The position numbers were made by a program, and so were the translations under genes. From Prochlorococcus sp. AG-355-B18 (lineage in GTDB: Bacteria > Cyanobacteriota > Cyanobacteriia > PCC-6307 > Cyanobiaceae): DNA of 64,000 nt. The notes under the pieces are model-generated. The model had not been told where the DNA came from. It ran no database searches and saw only the letters and a list, made by a program, of their open reading frames with translations. Below are positions 50,491 through 60,680 of the stretch, one piece after another; the stretch's first letter is position 1; every line of letters begins with the position of its first letter. The stretch spans positions 13,581 through 77,580 of the forward strand of contig QCDI01000010.1 in the NCBI GenBank assembly GCA_003280965.1, in the 5' to 3' direction.

Positions 50491-51039
50491 ATGAGTAATA
50501 AGAAATTTTTATTCCAAAAAAAGGAGTTTGATGGTTGGAAAACATTAAATGATACTGTTATGGGCGGATCAAGTTCAGCTTTTTGTGAAATTTCAAATTC
50601 TGGTTTGTTATTAAAGGGTAATATTGTCGAGAAAGCTGGAGGATTTGTTAGTTGTAGATCGCCTATTTATAAACCCTCTTTAAACTTATCTGAATATTCA
50701 TCCTTCGATTTAAATATTGATGGACAAGGAAGAACTTTTAAATTTGCTGTTGCTTGTGAAGATGATCTTCTTGGACTAACCGAATTTATTCCTGGCGGTC
50801 TTAGATGGATTAAATCATTCCCAACAAAAAAATTCGGAACAACAAATGTTCAAATTCCGTTTAGTGAGCTAAAACCTTCAGTAAGAGCTAATAAGGTACG
50901 GTTCCCATTTAAATTCAAGCCTTCTAAAATCAGAAGATTGCAACTACTACACTCTAAGTTTGGTGATGATGGATTACTTAATAATGAGTTTAAACAGGGT
51001 TCCATAAAAGTTTTAATTAAATCAATAAGTGTTATTTGA
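50491..51039 (+). CDS. CIA30-family (complex I intermediate-associated) protein
   Basis: LNDTVMGGSS and GGFVSCR motifs. Confidence 0.88.
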   Translation: MSNKKFLFQKKEFDGWKTLNDTVMGGSSSAFCEISNSGLLLKGNIVEKAGGFVSCRSPIYKPSLNLSEYSSFDLNIDGQGRTFKFAVACEDDLLGLTEFIPGGLRWIKSFPTKKFGTTNVQIPFSELKPSVRANKVRFPFKFKPSKIRRLQLLHSKFGDDGLLNNEFKQGSIKVLIKSISVI

Positions 51040-51415
51040 AAATCCATCTAAAAATATAGAGAGCTTAATCGCTAAGTCAGCAGATTTAACGAATAAACCC
51101 TTTGTGCATTCTGTCGTAAAAATAAATGGTGAATACGAAATCGAAGAAGAAGATATTGATTTGACGGTTCATATCTTATGTCGAGATAAAGAAGGTAAAA
51201 GATTAGAAATTTACGATCTTGAATTAGAACTTTTTAAATCAAATAAAGAGTTGGTTTTAGTTATCTCTAAGCTTAATTTTCCTGATGAACCAATATTGTG
51301 GTGTGGAGTTAAAACATTGTGGATGAATAGCAATAATGGGAAAAAATGCAACTCACCAAAATACAGCGCTAGATTGGAAAACCTAGCAAATAGGATAAAA
51401 AGCTTTATTGATTAA
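51029..51415 (+). CDS. Hypothetical protein
   Basis: 128-aa ORF overlapping the end of the CIA30 gene. Confidence 0.75.
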   Translation: MLFENPSKNIESLIAKSADLTNKPFVHSVVKINGEYEIEEEDIDLTVHILCRDKEGKRLEIYDLELELFKSNKELVLVISKLNFPDEPILWCGVKTLWMNSNNGKKCNSPKYSARLENLANRIKSFID

Positions 51416-51436
51416 GAAAATAAACTTTGAGCTGAT

Positions 51437-53110
51437 CTATAAATCAGTAACAGCACCTAAACTTGATGTGCTTACTATTTTCGAATATTTTGAAAGTATC
51501 CCTCTCTTGTATTTTGGTTTAGGCTTAAACCAATCCTTTTTTCTTTTTTCTAATTCTTCGTCAGATAAATCAACTTCAATAAGTTGCTTTACAGCGTCTA
51601 CTGTAATTAAATCACCTTGTTTTATTAGAGCAATATTTCCACCAACAGCAGCCTCTGGGGCTATATGACCAACAACCAGACCATAAGTACCCCCGCTAAA
51701 TCTGCCATCGGTAATTAAAGCTACTTTCTCTCCGAGGCCTTGACCAACAATTGCAGATGTTGGAGCTAACATTTCTCTCATGCCTGGTCCTCCTACAGGC
51801 CCTTCGTTTCTAATAACAACGACATCACCAGCTTTGATATCATTATTCAATATCGATTTTAAACAATCCTCTTCACTTTCAAAAATCTTTGCTGGACCTG
51901 TCAATACAGGGTTTTTTACTCCGCTAATTTTTGCTACCGAACCTTCGCTCGCTAAGTTACCTTTTAATATCGCTAGATGTCCCTTTTGATAAAGAGGGTT
52001 ATCTATGTCTCTTATGACATTTTGATTTGTTGGAGGCTTATCTGGAATATTCTGTAAGTATTCTGAGATAGTTTTCCCTTCAATATTTTTGCAATCTCCA
52101 TGAATTAATCCTGCATTCAAAAGTATTTTCATTACTTGTGGAATCCCACCTGCATTATGAAGATCCACCGTCACATATTTACCACTCGGTTTAAGGTCAC
52201 AAATAACGGGTATTTTTTGTCTGATTCTCTCAAAATCATTAATGTTGATATCTATTCCTGCAGTATTTGCAATGGCTAATATGTGTAATACCGCATTTGT
52301 TGATCCACCAATTGCCATAATTACTGATATGGCATTTTCAAATGCTTTCTTCGTCATTAGGTCTAGAGGTCTTATATCTTTTTCTATTGCAGAGACTAAT
52401 ATTTCAGCACTTTTATCTGCACTTAGTTCTTTTTCAAGATCTTCAGCAGCCATAGTGGAACTGTGAGGAAGACTTAACCCTAATACTTCAATAACTGCAG
52501 ACATTGTATTAGCTGTAAACATCCCTCCACAACTACCAGCACCAGGAATACAATTTTTCTCGACTTGGATTAGCCTTTCTTCATCAATTTTGCCTGATGT
52601 TAATTGTCCAACAGCTTCAAATGCACTAACAACAGTAAGATCTTCTCCATGTAACTTTCCAGGTTTTATTGTTCCTCCATAAATGAAAATTGAGGGAATA
52701 TTCATTCTTGCAATCGCTATCATGGCACCAGGCATATTTTTGTCACATCCACCTATCGCAAGCACTCCATCCATACTCTGAGCATTGCATGCTGTTTCAA
52801 TTGAATCAGCAATAACTTCTCTTGAAACTAGGGAATATTTCATGCCCTCTGTTCCCATAGAAATGCCATCACTAACTGTTATAGTTCCAAACATCTGAGG
52901 CATGCCACCTGATCTTTTTATTGACTCTTCAGCTTTGAGAGCTAACTTATTTAAACCTATATTGCATGGTGTTATGGTGCTGTATCCATTCGCAACTCCA
53001 ATAATAGGTTTATTAAAATCTTCATCATTAAATCCAACAGCTCTTAACATCGATCTGTTAGGGGATCTTTGCACACCTTGTGTAATTGCAGATGATCTGA
53101 GTTTATTCAT
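51437..53110 (-). CDS. ilvD: Dihydroxy-acid dehydratase
   Basis: [24 protein letters not shown] and TDGRFSG. Confidence 0.98.
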   Translation of the reverse strand: MNKLRSSAITQGVQRSPNRSMLRAVGFNDEDFNKPIIGVANGYSTITPCNIGLNKLALKAEESIKRSGGMPQMFGTITVSDGISMGTEGMKYSLVSREVIADSIETACNAQSMDGVLAIGGCDKNMPGAMIAIARMNIPSIFIYGGTIKPGKLHGEDLTVVSAFEAVGQLTSGKIDEERLIQVEKNCIPGAGSCGGMFTANTMSAVIEVLGLSLPHSSTMAAEDLEKELSADKSAEILVSAIEKDIRPLDLMTKKAFENAISVIMAIGGSTNAVLHILAIANTAGIDININDFERIRQKIPVICDLKPSGKYVTVDLHNAGGIPQVMKILLNAGLIHGDCKNIEGKTISEYLQNIPDKPPTNQNVIRDIDNPLYQKGHLAILKGNLASEGSVAKISGVKNPVLTGPAKIFESEEDCLKSILNNDIKAGDVVVIRNEGPVGGPGMREMLAPTSAIVGQGLGEKVALITDGRFSGGTYGLVVGHIAPEAAVGGNIALIKQGDLITVDAVKQLIEVDLSDEELEKRKKDWFKPKPKYKRGILSKYSKIVSTSSLGAVTDL

Positions 53111-53133
53111 ATTATTTGAGAACCTTATTTATT

Positions 53134-53424
53134 CTATTGCCCCAACTCTTCAAGTTGCTTCCTCACATCAGCAATTGCAGAATTTAGTTGCTCAACTTTC
53201 TTCTCCAAATTCTCTCCTTCAACTTCATTTGTATTTTCATTTGAATCAATCGCTTCAGAACCGTCTTGAATTCTGGAGGAATACATCATTGCTTTTTGTT
53301 TTTTTTCCTCCTTTCTTTTGTCTGCTTCGGAAATTAACCACCAAGCTAGACCTGCTGCTCCAATAAAAGCACCGCTTATTAATGATAAAAGATTATTTGA
53401 AGACGAATCTCTGTATTCAGACAT
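53134..53424 (-). CDS. Small membrane-anchored coiled-coil protein
   Basis: Gly-rich TM segment GAFIGAAGLAWWL and a C-terminal coiled coil. Confidence 0.8.
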   Translation of the reverse strand: MSEYRDSSSNNLLSLISGAFIGAAGLAWWLISEADKRKEEKKQKAMMYSSRIQDGSEAIDSNENTNEVEGENLEKKVEQLNSAIADVRKQLEELGQ

Positions 53425-53453
53425 TGGTAAAATACTTACTCCTATATTATATA

Positions 53454-54071
53454 TTAGTTCTTATCTCGAAATATAGTACTTAAACGCGATAGAGGATTCC
53501 CAATACCCGGTACTAATAATTGTGTTTTTTCGTCTTCCTCATCTATGCAAGAAGTGTAAATTACCTGATTAGGGAATAATTTCGCAATTTCATTTAATCC
53601 TTTATTTGAGCAAATAGCAGTTATTAAAAGAATCCTATTTGAATCAACACCTAATTCCTTTAATTTAATTAAAGTTTCTAATGTTGCTGATTTTGTTGTT
53701 ATTTGTTCTGAATAAAATATAACTCCTTCATTTGATTCAATAGTTTTAGGAAGTTCTCCTAATGAGAGGGTTGAATTAGGAATTACTTCTTTAGATCCAA
53801 ACCAAAGAGATAATCCTTCAGGCAACATTGCGAGCACTTTTATTGGATAATCATTATTAATAAAGAATCCATCTGCGTCTCCATTATCAGTATTTACTAT
53901 TTCTTTTTTATATGGCAGCCAATTACGTAATGCTTCATATGTAAGCCATTTCCCTAATTGCTCATATCCTGTTGAGTACAAAATATTTGGAGTATTTTTT
54001 TCTCGTAATATTGAAAGCCAATGTTTTATTAATGGATGAGGAGGAACAATAACCTTTAGTGACATTGCCAT
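53454..54071 (-). CDS. upp: Uracil phosphoribosyltransferase-like protein (degenerate active site)
   Basis: HPLIKHWL, LGKWLTYEA and VPGIG are retained; the PRPP-binding motif is not recognisable. Confidence 0.8.
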   Translation of the reverse strand: MAMSLKVIVPPHPLIKHWLSILREKNTPNILYSTGYEQLGKWLTYEALRNWLPYKKEIVNTDNGDADGFFINNDYPIKVLAMLPEGLSLWFGSKEVIPNSTLSLGELPKTIESNEGVIFYSEQITTKSATLETLIKLKELGVDSNRILLITAICSNKGLNEIAKLFPNQVIYTSCIDEEDEKTQLLVPGIGNPLSRLSTIFRDKN

Positions 54072-54134
54072 ATATTTTCCTTTAAGATACTCTTACAGAC
54101 TTTAAATACTTAAGTTCTAAAATACAGTCTTATT

Positions 54135-54647
54135 ATGATTAAATCAATTGTTCTCCCCTCACTAAAGAATGCATTAATTACTTTGCTAATAGTTGGGATT
54201 TTATTTTTTAATTCTGTAAATTCTGCATGGGCTAAAAGACCTCCTGAGATTAGAAACCAGCAAGACCTTAATTTAGAGCCAGATATGCATGGTCAAGACT
54301 TAAGCGGTAACGAATACGTTAAGTTTGATTTGAATGGGTTTAATTTCAGTGAAAGTAATTTAGAAGGGGCGGTGTTCAATAATAGTAAATTGCAAAACTC
54401 AAAGTTTACTGGAGCAAATTTAAGAGATGCACTAGCTTATGCAACAGACTTTACAGATGCTGATCTTTCAGATGTTAATTTTACTAATGCTTTATTAATG
54501 GAAAGTAATTTTGAAGGCGCAAAAATAGATGGTGCAGATTTTACTGATGCTGTTCTAAGTCGTACACAACAAAAACAATTATGTGCGATTGCTAATGGCA
54601 CAAATAGTTCTACAGGAGAGAGTACAGAATATAGCTTAGGTTGTTAA
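54135..54647 (+). CDS. Pentapeptide-repeat protein with signal peptide
   Basis: A(D/N)(L/F)xx repeats; C-terminal LC...TEYSLGC. Confidence 0.92.
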   Translation: MIKSIVLPSLKNALITLLIVGILFFNSVNSAWAKRPPEIRNQQDLNLEPDMHGQDLSGNEYVKFDLNGFNFSESNLEGAVFNNSKLQNSKFTGANLRDALAYATDFTDADLSDVNFTNALLMESNFEGAKIDGADFTDAVLSRTQQKQLCAIANGTNSSTGESTEYSLGC

Positions 54648-54656
54648 TCATCAAAG

Positions 54657-55721
54657 ATGAAAAAAAAAATTCCAGTTATTGTTGTTTCGGGATTTCTTGG
54701 TTCAGGTAAAACAACTTTTCTAAGATATCTATTAAAAGAGAGTAATAAAAAATTTGGTTTAATAATTAATGAATTTGGTGATGTTGGAATTGACGGTGAT
54801 TTGATTAAAAGTTGTGATAAATGTGATGAATCTGAAGACGACTGCGTCATCGAATTAAACAATGGATGCTTATGTTGCACTGTTCAAGATGACTTTGTTC
54901 CATCAATAAAAGCTCTCCTAGAATTTAATCCTCCTATCGAATCAATAATTATCGAAACAAGTGGGTTGGCACTACCAATTCCCTTAATTCAAGCACTTAA
55001 CTGGCCTGAGATTAGGTCTTCCATCTACCTTGATGTTGTTGTTGGTATCGTTAATGGAGAATCAATGCTAAATGGTTCCCCAATTAATGATTTAAATAAA
55101 ATAACAAAACAATATAATGAGACAGATAAAATTGATCACAACGCCACTATAGATGAACTTTTTGAGGAGCAACTAGAAGTTTCTGATATCGTTTTAGTCT
55201 CTAGATCAGATATCTTAAATGATGATCAGTTTGACGTTGTAAAAAATAAAATTCAAGGAAGTCTAAATTCATCTACACCAGTCCTTAAATCCAAGAATGG
55301 CAAAATTGATTTAAATTATCTATTTGATTTTAATTTTAAAAAAGAGACTTATAAAGAATTTTTAACGGAAGAACATGACCATAATCATGTTGAGCTTGTA
55401 TCAGATTCATTTAAATTAAATTATTTCCTTGAAAAAAATGACTTTGAAAAGGAGATGTCAAAAATCTTGGATGAATTAAACATTCTTCGAATAAAAGGAC
55501 GTATTTGGATACCAAACAAATCATTGCCTTTACAAATACAAATTGTAGGAAAGAAAATTAATACTTGGTTTGAAGAAGCTCCAAACAATTGTTGGAGACC
55601 AAATGATAATGCTGGGCTTGAGTTAGTAATAATTTCCTTTGATGAAAAATCTATACAAACTTTCAATAAAAAAATTAAAGAGAAATTTAAGATTTTAAGT
55701 GACCCAAAAATAGCAATTTGA
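54657..55721 (+). CDS. cobW: CobW/COG0523 G3E GTPase metallochaperone
   Basis: GFLGSGKTT, NEFG, GCLCC, ETSG and a short His patch HDHNH. Confidence 0.9.
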   Translation: MKKKIPVIVVSGFLGSGKTTFLRYLLKESNKKFGLIINEFGDVGIDGDLIKSCDKCDESEDDCVIELNNGCLCCTVQDDFVPSIKALLEFNPPIESIIIETSGLALPIPLIQALNWPEIRSSIYLDVVVGIVNGESMLNGSPINDLNKITKQYNETDKIDHNATIDELFEEQLEVSDIVLVSRSDILNDDQFDVVKNKIQGSLNSSTPVLKSKNGKIDLNYLFDFNFKKETYKEFLTEEHDHNHVELVSDSFKLNYFLEKNDFEKEMSKILDELNILRIKGRIWIPNKSLPLQIQIVGKKINTWFEEAPNNCWRPNDNAGLELVIISFDEKSIQTFNKKIKEKFKILSDPKIAI

Positions 55722-55767
55722 CTTTATAGTTACTTGTCGGGATACTTACTTCAGTAGACAGCCCAAG

Positions 55768-55932
55768 ATGGAAAATTCAAAAATTGCTTTAAAACAAATA
55801 ATCTCTGAAGAAGTTTCTTCAATTGATAAAATAAAATGTTCAAAATGTGGGGGGTCAGGAAATTTTAAAACACCTGAAAATTCAAGAAAAACTTGCTTAG
55901 TTTGTTTTGGTAGAGGCTACATAGACATTTAA
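55768..55932 (+). CDS. 54-aa DnaJ-type zinc-finger microprotein
   Basis: Hand-translated MENSKIALKQIISEEVSSIDKIKCSKCGGSGNFKTPENSRKTCLVCFGRGYIDI, with two CxxCxGxG motifs. Confidence 0.85.
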   Translation: MENSKIALKQIISEEVSSIDKIKCSKCGGSGNFKTPENSRKTCLVCFGRGYIDI

Positions 55933-56031
55933 TAACTCAGAAAACCTTATTGAAAAAAAATATTTGTTTATTAATCAATAGTACTTTTTATTAAAATTTA
56001 AACTAATCTTCTAGTAGAAATTAATTTTTAA

Positions 56032-56286
56032 TTGGACCAATTTGCTGTAAAAGTTTTTGTAAGGCTAAGACCCTCAGTTTTAGATCCAGCAGGGGAAGCT
56101 ACTAAATCTGCTTCTATAAAACTTGGAGCCGAGGGAATAAAATCATTACGGATAGGAAAAATGATTGAGGTAAAAATAGAAGGTGATGGTGAAAACGAAG
56201 TAAGAGAAAAAATTGATTTATTGTGTGATAGGTTATTCGCAAATACTGTTATTGAAGATTACGAGTATTCACTAGAAAAATTATAA
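56032..56286 (+). CDS. purS: FGAM synthase subunit PurS
   Basis: [10 protein letters not shown]...[10 protein letters not shown]. Confidence 0.95.
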   Translation: MDQFAVKVFVRLRPSVLDPAGEATKSASIKLGAEGIKSLRIGKMIEVKIEGDGENEVREKIDLLCDRLFANTVIEDYEYSLEKL

Positions 56287-56287
56287 G

Positions 56288-56953
56288 ATGGATAATTTTA
56301 CTGTAGGAGTTGTTGTCTTCCCTGGTTCTAATTGTGATCGTGACGTTTCATGGGCATTGGAAGGTTGTTTAGACATAAGAACAAAATACTTGTGGCATGA
56401 GTCTTCAGATTTAAGCGATGTAGATGCAATAGTTTTACCCGGAGGATTTAGCTATGGTGATTATTTAAGATGTGGAGCAATAGCGAGATTCTCTCCATTA
56501 ATAAATGCTTTGGATGACTTTGTGAAAAGTGGAAGAAGAGTTTTAGGAATTTGTAATGGGTTCCAAATTTTGACAGAATCAGGCTTTTTGCCTGGTGCCC
56601 TTACTGCAAATAAAAATCTTAATTTCATCTGTGATGATGTTGAACTTGATATTGTTTCTTCAAAAGGAGGTTGGTTTAATGATGGAGGTGAAAAACAAAC
56701 TATTAAGTTACCCATAGCGCATGGGGAAGGAAGATTTCATTGTGATTCTGATACTTTAAAAAAACTTGTAGATAATGAATTGATCGCCTTGAGATATAAA
56801 AATAATCCTAATGGCTCCTCATTCGATATCGCAGGCATAACTAATGAAAAGGGTAATGTTCTTGGTTTAATGCCTCATCCAGAACGAGCATGTGACGAGA
56901 CAATTGGTGGGACTGATGGTCTCTTTACATTAAAATCATTAATATTGAAATAA
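56288..56953 (+). CDS. purQ: FGAM synthase glutaminase subunit PurQ
   Basis: [24 protein letters not shown] and MPHPER. Confidence 0.97.
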   Translation: MDNFTVGVVVFPGSNCDRDVSWALEGCLDIRTKYLWHESSDLSDVDAIVLPGGFSYGDYLRCGAIARFSPLINALDDFVKSGRRVLGICNGFQILTESGFLPGALTANKNLNFICDDVELDIVSSKGGWFNDGGEKQTIKLPIAHGEGRFHCDSDTLKKLVDNELIALRYKNNPNGSSFDIAGITNEKGNVLGLMPHPERACDETIGGTDGLFTLKSLILK

Positions 56954-56983
56954 AAAAGACCCCCTATTTTGGGGGTCTTTTTT
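56952..56983. terminator. Bidirectional intrinsic terminator between purQ and fba
   Basis: Perfect inverted repeat AAAAAAGACCCCC-tatttt-GGGGGTCTTTTTT. Confidence 0.92.
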
Positions 56984-57001
56984 ATTTAATATGGGAAGAA
57001 A

Positions 57002-58075
57002 TTAGACAGTAGCTTTTACTTTTGGATCTAAATCACCTTTAGCGTAAAGATCAGCAAAGTAATTGGTGCTGTTTTGCTTGATCTTACTTGCTTGACCTTC
57101 GCACCAGAACTGCTTGTATCTATCAAGACAAACTTGCTTCATGTATTTTCTAGCAGGCTTGTTGAAATGTCTTGGGTCAAAGTTTGCCTTATCAGCAAAT
57201 GCTGCCTCTCTAACCGCGGCAGTGAAAGCAAGTCTGTTATCGGTATCAATGTTGACTTTTCTAACTCCATTTCTTATTCCCTCTTGAATCTCTTCAACAG
57301 GAACACCATATGTTTGAGGGATTTCACCACCATATTTGTTAATGATATCCAACCATTCCTGAGGAACTGAACTAGATCCATGCATTACAAGATGGGTATT
57401 TGGGAGTGCTTTATGAATTTCAGCAATTCTGCTTATTGCAAGAACTTCTCCTGTAGGTTTTCTTGTGAATTTATAAGCACCATGACTTGTACCTATAGCA
57501 ATAGCTAATGCATCAACTTTTGTTTTAGCAACAAAATCTGCAGCTTCTTCAGGATCAGTCAAAAGCATATCTGTAGAAAGTTCACCTTCAAAACCATGAC
57601 CATCTTCAGCTTCTCCTTTCCCTGTTTCTAATGAACCTAAGCAACCTAATTCTCCTTCAACACTAACCCCAACTGAATGAGCAAAATCTACAACTTTTTT
57701 AGTAACTGCAACATTATATTCGTAACTTGCGGGTGTTTTTGCATCTGCCTCTAGAGAACCATCCATCATTACTGATGTGAAACCATTTATTGCTGCTGAA
57801 TAGCATGTTGATGGCTCATTACCATGGTCTTGGTGCATTACAACTGGAATATTTGGATATGTTTCTGTAGCGGCAAGGATTAGATGACGTAAGAAAATTT
57901 CTCCTGCATAATTTCTTGCCCCTCTTGAAGCTTGGAGGATAACTGGACTATCAGTTTCATATGCTGCTTCCATGATTGCTTGAACTTGTTCAAGATTATT
58001 AACATTGAAAGCTGGAATACCATAACCATTCTCAGCAGCGTGATCTAAAAGTAGTCTTAGTGGAACGAGGGCCAT
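57002..58075 (-). CDS. fba: Fructose-bisphosphate aldolase class II (CbbA)
   Basis: [23 protein letters not shown] and KVNIDTD. Confidence 0.98.
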   Translation of the reverse strand: MALVPLRLLLDHAAENGYGIPAFNVNNLEQVQAIMEAAYETDSPVILQASRGARNYAGEIFLRHLILAATETYPNIPVVMHQDHGNEPSTCYSAAINGFTSVMMDGSLEADAKTPASYEYNVAVTKKVVDFAHSVGVSVEGELGCLGSLETGKGEAEDGHGFEGELSTDMLLTDPEEAADFVAKTKVDALAIAIGTSHGAYKFTRKPTGEVLAISRIAEIHKALPNTHLVMHGSSSVPQEWLDIINKYGGEIPQTYGVPVEEIQEGIRNGVRKVNIDTDNRLAFTAAVREAAFADKANFDPRHFNKPARKYMKQVCLDRYKQFWCEGQASKIKQNSTNYFADLYAKGDLDPKVKATV

Positions 58076-58165
58076 AATTAAAATAAGTTAGATGCTATAC
58101 AGCATTTGTTTCCGCGAGTTTAGTACAAAGAGGGATCAAATGTCACGTAATTAGATATACAAAAT

Positions 58166-59263
58166 CTATATTTTTATATTTAACCCGCTCTTCGACGATT
58201 CTCTTATAGCTTCGCAAACTTTATGACTTGCAAGTCCCTCGCATAAGCCTGGAATGATAGGTGTTTTATTAAAAATACTCTCAGCCCATAAATTTTGAAT
58301 TCTCAAAACTGGAGCTATTCTCCCATCAGTCCATGTTTTTTCAAAATTAAAACTTGAATCTGCAGTTAGATTTTGTATTTTATTTTTGTTGTTTGAATAT
58401 TTTAAATTAAAACCATGTACATAATCTTTTTGGTTTTCGCTTTTAAGAATTAGTGAACCTTCGCTTCCATATATTTCTAAACTAAATCCTCTACCATTTT
58501 TAGAAATTGATGATAAAGATACCTGACATGGAATAAGATTCGAGCTGTAGTTTGATATTTCTATATTGGCTAAACATACATCTTCACTCGTAACATCATT
58601 TAAATCAGATGAATTAGGTAAAGGTCTTTTTTTTATTGATGTTGCTAACTTGCCAGACACGTTTATTGCTTCTCCAAAAAACCAATTCAACATATCGAAT
58701 GCATGAGTACCTAAAGCGCCAATAACTCCTCCACCTTTTTCTTCCAAAGAATACCAATTCCAAGCTCTTTTAGGATCGGATCTGCTCCCCATTAACCAAT
58801 CTAATTTGACTAAATATATTTCTCCTAAAATATTTTCATCAATAAGTTTTTTTGTCTGAAGGAAAAGAGGTACTGCTCTATATTCAAAATCAACACATAC
58901 GCTTAAATTATTAATTAAAGATATTCTCTGAAGCTCTTCAATTTCTGAGGAGGATAATGAAACGGGTTTTTCTAGGAGCAAATTTTTATTATTCTCTAGA
59001 GCTTGTTTTGCTAACTTAAATCTTGATTCAGGAGGAGTGGCAATAATAATTCCATCAATTTTTGGAGATTTAACTAAGTCTTCCCAATTATGAAAAAAAT
59101 CTAAGCTCGTTTCTTTTTCTATAATCGATTTTTGCTCTTTCTCGTAATGATAAATTGCTACAGGAGTTAAGTGATCAGACTCTTTTAATGCCTCTAAATG
59201 AACTTTTTTCCCAAATCCTAGTCCAGCGATTGCTATTTTTAATTTTTTATTTTTAGTATTCAT
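58166..59263 (-). CDS. Gfo/Idh/MocA family oxidoreductase
   Basis: IAGLGFG, EKP and GGGVIGALGTH. Confidence 0.9.
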   Translation of the reverse strand: MNTKNKKLKIAIAGLGFGKKVHLEALKESDHLTPVAIYHYEKEQKSIIEKETSLDFFHNWEDLVKSPKIDGIIIATPPESRFKLAKQALENNKNLLLEKPVSLSSSEIEELQRISLINNLSVCVDFEYRAVPLFLQTKKLIDENILGEIYLVKLDWLMGSRSDPKRAWNWYSLEEKGGGVIGALGTHAFDMLNWFFGEAINVSGKLATSIKKRPLPNSSDLNDVTSEDVCLANIEISNYSSNLIPCQVSLSSISKNGRGFSLEIYGSEGSLILKSENQKDYVHGFNLKYSNNKNKIQNLTADSSFNFEKTWTDGRIAPVLRIQNLWAESIFNKTPIIPGLCEGLASHKVCEAIRESSKSGLNIKI

Positions 59264-59265
59264 TC

Positions 59266-59658
59266 TTATTCATTAATAAACTCTGAACAGCTATTTTCAA
59301 TAACAACATCTATAAGTTCATCATTATTAGAAGTTTGCCATTTTGAATTGAATTGTGGAATCCCATTTATTGATGTATCTTTAAACTTTTTTTCATTGCA
59401 ATTAATTCTCATTACATAAAGTGATAACTCTCCATCATCATCAGAATTAGTTGGATTCTTAAAGAACTTTGTTAATACACTTATTTCACCATTTGGGAGC
59501 GACTTAATACTCCCTTTATCAAGCCATTCTTTCCCATCATCATTCTCTTTTAGTAGCACCCAGTCAACATTTCCTATCGCATATGAATAGGAGGCAAAGT
59601 TAAAAATAAAGAGTAGAAGGCTTAAAGAAAAATAAAATAAATTAGAAATTATTCTCAT
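59266..59658 (-). CDS. Exported hypothetical protein
   Basis: Signal peptide (...SYSYA) and a Cys pair in the mature region. Confidence 0.75.
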   Translation of the reverse strand: MRIISNLFYFSLSLLLFIFNFASYSYAIGNVDWVLLKENDDGKEWLDKGSIKSLPNGEISVLTKFFKNPTNSDDDGELSLYVMRINCNEKKFKDTSINGIPQFNSKWQTSNNDELIDVVIENSCSEFINE

Positions 59659-59659
59659 T

Positions 59660-60541
59660 TTATATATTTACTTCTGCAAGTTCTTTTACACCATGAATTT
59701 TTAAAATTTTAGTCAGAGTATCCTTGAGATCTTTCCTTTTTACTATTACATCAACAAAACCATGCTCAAGCAGATATTCAGCTGTTTGAAAATTATCGGG
59801 TAATTTTTCTCTTAATGTTTGTTCTATAACCCTTCTTCCAGCAAATCCAATAAGTGCTTTAGGTTCCGCCAAAATTAAATCACCTAACATCGCAAAGCTG
59901 GCTGTAACCCCTCCAGTAGTTGGATGAGTTAACAAGGGCATATATAGGAGATTTTTCTCTTTATGTTTTTTTAGTGCTCCAGATATTTTTGCCATTTGCA
60001 TGAGACTTAACATACCTTCTTGCATCCTTGCTCCTCCTGATGCGCAAACAATAAGAATTGGAAAATTTTCCAAAGTTGCTCTTTCAATTATCCTTGTAAT
60101 TTTTTCACCAACTACTGAACCCATGGATCCTCCCATAAATCTAAAATCCATAACAGCTAATGCTAAAGGCATTGAATTCACAGAACAGATACCTGTTACG
60201 ACTCCATCTCTTAAACCTGTACCTGCTTGACTTTCTTTAATTCGATCAGCATACGCTCTTCTATCTTTAAAACCCAAAGGATCTGTAGGACTTAGTGAAC
60301 TATCAAATTCTTTGAATGAATTTTTATCAGCAATTATATTTATCCTTTCATCGCTATTAATCCTATTGTGGTGTCCACAATTACTACAAACATTGAAATT
60401 TGAAATTAGGTCTTTTCTATAGGCTACTTGCGAACACTCTGAACATTTAACCCATAAACCATCTCCTTCGTCAGTATCTTGGGAAACTTTCCCAACAAAT
60501 TGATCTTTACGCCTTGCGGCAAACCAGTCGATTAATGACAC
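59660..60541 (-). CDS. accD: Acetyl-CoA carboxylase carboxyltransferase beta subunit
   Basis: CxxC...CxxC zinc finger, [11 protein letters not shown] and SGGARMQEG. Confidence 0.98.
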   Translation of the reverse strand: MSLIDWFAARRKDQFVGKVSQDTDEGDGLWVKCSECSQVAYRKDLISNFNVCSNCGHHNRINSDERINIIADKNSFKEFDSSLSPTDPLGFKDRRAYADRIKESQAGTGLRDGVVTGICSVNSMPLALAVMDFRFMGGSMGSVVGEKITRIIERATLENFPILIVCASGGARMQEGMLSLMQMAKISGALKKHKEKNLLYMPLLTHPTTGGVTASFAMLGDLILAEPKALIGFAGRRVIEQTLREKLPDNFQTAEYLLEHGFVDVIVKRKDLKDTLTKILKIHGVKELAEVNI

Positions 60542-60680
60542 AACTTTTCCTGTTTTTTCTATTTAAATCTAAGTAAGGTACTTTTATCAAGAAAGATATA
60601 TAAAAATTTGAGATCCTCTAGATTAAAAACTTCTCATAATAAAAAAATAATGATTTAAGTTGATAATCGAAAATTAATTA

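Noticed and set aside
54280..54560. 15-nt periodic repeats (e.g. GATTTTACTGATGC-like)
   Set aside because: These are coding pentapeptide repeats, not a CRISPR array or DNA repeat element.
55722..55767. Possible cobalamin or other riboswitch near cobW
   Set aside because: Only 46 nt with short nested pairings, no B12-box, and it lies downstream of cobW.
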